NCBI GenBank assembly: GCA_009699615.1
Contig: WLNV01000001.1
Coordinates: 1-25,387 of the forward strand
Direction: 5' to 3'
DNA length: 25,387 nucleotides
DNA from: Actinomycetota bacterium
Lineage (GTDB): Bacteria > Actinomycetota > Thermoleophilia > Solirubrobacterales > Solirubrobacteraceae
This document shows, in pieces, positions 23,767-25,387 of the stretch. Positions within the stretch are counted from its first letter, which is position 1. Each line of letters begins with the position of its first letter. The notes under the pieces were generated by a model. It ran no database searches. It was not told the origin of the DNA and saw only the letters and a program-made list of their open reading frames with translations. The translations under genes were made by a program, and so were the position numbers.

Positions 23767-24893
23767 TGGAGCTGCCTCAGGAAGAGGTTGAAGCGCTTGT
23801 ACCAGAGGTCACCAGCGACGAGCAGATGCCTACTCGGCGCCTCTCGCGGCGCCATGCATTACTTGCCGGCTTCTTTGCCCTTACGGTCGTCGTCTTCCTC
23901 TACTTCGTCCTCCCGCAGATCGCCGGCGTCAACAAGACCTGGGATCGGATCCAAGACGGAGACCCCAAGTGGCTGATCGCTTGCGCGCTCTTTGAGCTGA
24001 TCTCGTTCGGCGGCTACATCTGGCTCTTCCGAGGCGTCTTCGTGCGAGGCAGCACGCGAATCAGCTGGGCCGTCAGCTACCAGATAACGATGGCCGGTCT
24101 TGTGGCGGCGAGGCTTTTCGCTGCCGCCGGCGCCGGCGGTGCAATCCTCACCGCTTGGGCGCTACGTCGCTCGGGAATGCCCGGCCGTACGGTCGCCACC
24201 CGGATGATCGCCCAATACGTGATCCTCTACGCGGTCTACATGTTCACGCTGCTGATTGCCGGCGTCGGCTTGTACATCGGGGCCTTCAATGGCAGCAGAG
24301 TGTTTGCGCTGACGATGGTTCCGGCGATCATCGGTGGCGTGGCGATTCTGCTGTCACTGGCGTTCACGCTGCTGCCGGAGCAGATAGATAGGCGAATCGA
24401 GCACTGGGCGAAGGATTCCGGTCGCGTAGGAACGATCATCGCCCGGTTGGCGACGGTGCCGGACACCGTCGCGGTCGGTGTCCGCGAGGCATTGATCATC
24501 GTGCGCGAGCGCGACGGGGCTGTCTTTGGCGCAGTGATCTGGTGGTACTTCGACATCTTCACGCTCTGGGCCGCGTTCCATGCCTTCGGCGATCCACCGC
24601 CCTTTGCCGTTCTCGTGATGGCCTACTTCGTAGGCATGTTCGCCAATCTTTTGCCGCTGCCGGGAGGGATCGGCGGCGTCGAGGGCGGAATGATCGGAGT
24701 CCTCGTGGCGTTCGGAGTACCCGCGAGCTTGGCGATCGTCGCCGTTCTTAGCTACCGCGCCTTCTCCTTCTGGCTACCAACAATTCCCGGAGCGATCGCC
24801 TACTTCCAACTACGCCGCACGGTTCAGGGCTGGCGAGAGGAAGGGCGCGACCAATCGGCTACGCTATACAAAGTAAAGTCACCTGCGACCTGA
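23766..24893 (+). CDS. Lysylphosphatidylglycerol synthase TM region / UPF0104 flippase-like membrane protein
   Basis: Multi-TM protein with LPLPGGIGGVEG and VLSYRAFSFWLP. TGATG coupling to the PAP2 gene. Confidence 0.88.
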   Translation: MELPQEEVEALVPEVTSDEQMPTRRLSRRHALLAGFFALTVVVFLYFVLPQIAGVNKTWDRIQDGDPKWLIACALFELISFGGYIWLFRGVFVRGSTRISWAVSYQITMAGLVAARLFAAAGAGGAILTAWALRRSGMPGRTVATRMIAQYVILYAVYMFTLLIAGVGLYIGAFNGSRVFALTMVPAIIGGVAILLSLAFTLLPEQIDRRIEHWAKDSGRVGTIIARLATVPDTVAVGVREALIIVRERDGAVFGAVIWWYFDIFTLWAAFHAFGDPPPFAVLVMAYFVGMFANLLPLPGGIGGVEGGMIGVLVAFGVPASLAIVAVLSYRAFSFWLPTIPGAIAYFQLRRTVQGWREEGRDQSATLYKVKSPAT

Positions 24894-24905
24894 GTGGAGA
24901 AGTTC

Positions 24906-25387
24906 ATGGCTGAGATTGAAAACGTAATCATTGTGGGTAGTGGTCCGGCTGGCTATACGGCGGCCTTGTACACGTCGCGCGCCAATCTCTCGCCGCTCTT
25001 GATCGAGGGCTGGCAGTGGGGCGGTTTGCTCCAGCAGACGACCGAGGTTGAGAACTACCCGGGTTTCCGGGACGGCATTCAGGGCCCCGAGCTGATGCAG
25101 ACGATGCGCGACCAGGCCGAGCGTTTCGGCACTCGCTTCATTACAGATCTGGCAACCAAGCTTGAACTCTCCGACGAGCCCGGCGGAGTGCACCGCGTCT
25201 GGGTTGGTGAGCAGCAGTATCAGGCCCGCACTGTGATTCTCGCGATGGGCGCCGAACACAAGAAGATCGGCGCGCCGGGCGAGGACGAGCTCTCAGGCCG
25301 CGGCGTTTCATACTGCGCGACCTGCGACGCCGCCTTCTTTGTCGACAAGGAGACGATCATTGTCGGCGGCGGCGACTCAGCGATGGA
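24906..25387 (+). CDS. trxB: Thioredoxin-disulfide reductase, N-terminal part (3' truncated; absent from the ORF track)
   Basis: Manual translation: [22 protein letters not shown]...[10 protein letters not shown]...[11 protein letters not shown]...[16 protein letters not shown] at 24896-24900. Confidence 0.96.
   Translation, partial: MAEIENVIIVGSGPAGYTAALYTSRANLSPLLIEGWQWGGLLQQTTEVENYPGFRDGIQGPELMQTMRDQAERFGTRFITDLATKLELSDEPGGVHRVWVGEQQYQARTVILAMGAEHKKIGAPGEDELSGRGVSYCATCDAAFFVDKETIIVGGGDSAM

Overview
This is a GC-rich, densely packed bacterial chromosome segment. The gene order and protein styles suggest Actinomycetota, probably Thermoleophilia/Solirubrobacterales-like (inference, not a database match). 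The left part is housekeeping: 3' end of glmM, glmS, acpS, nnr, a CBS protein, alr, a tRNA nucleotidyltransferase, an M28 peptidase, a HIT protein and three small hypotheticals. The centre (about 10.4-20.2 kb) is a respiratory cluster with two different heme-copper oxidase sets. One is an A2-type set (subunit I motif YSHPAVY; ctaC-ctaD-ctaE plus a small membrane protein). The other is an A1-type set (FGHPEVY; ctaC-ctaD-ctaB plus two small membrane proteins, one a 36-aa ORF missing from the ORF track). Both subunit II proteins carry closely similar fused cytochrome c domains. A lipoprotein fusing cytochrome c to a blue-copper domain, a sensor-less AraC protein and a CBS protein lie in or next to the cluster. 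The right part has an enoyl-CoA hydratase, a class I glutamine amidotransferase (PuuD-like), an extended SDR, an AUR1-like PAP2 protein, a UPF0104-type membrane protein and the 5' part of trxB. Ten genes have TAnnnT exactly 6-7 nt before the start codon (leaderless signature), and two divergent pairs have overlapping -10 boxes. I saw no rRNA, tRNA, CRISPR array or mobile element.
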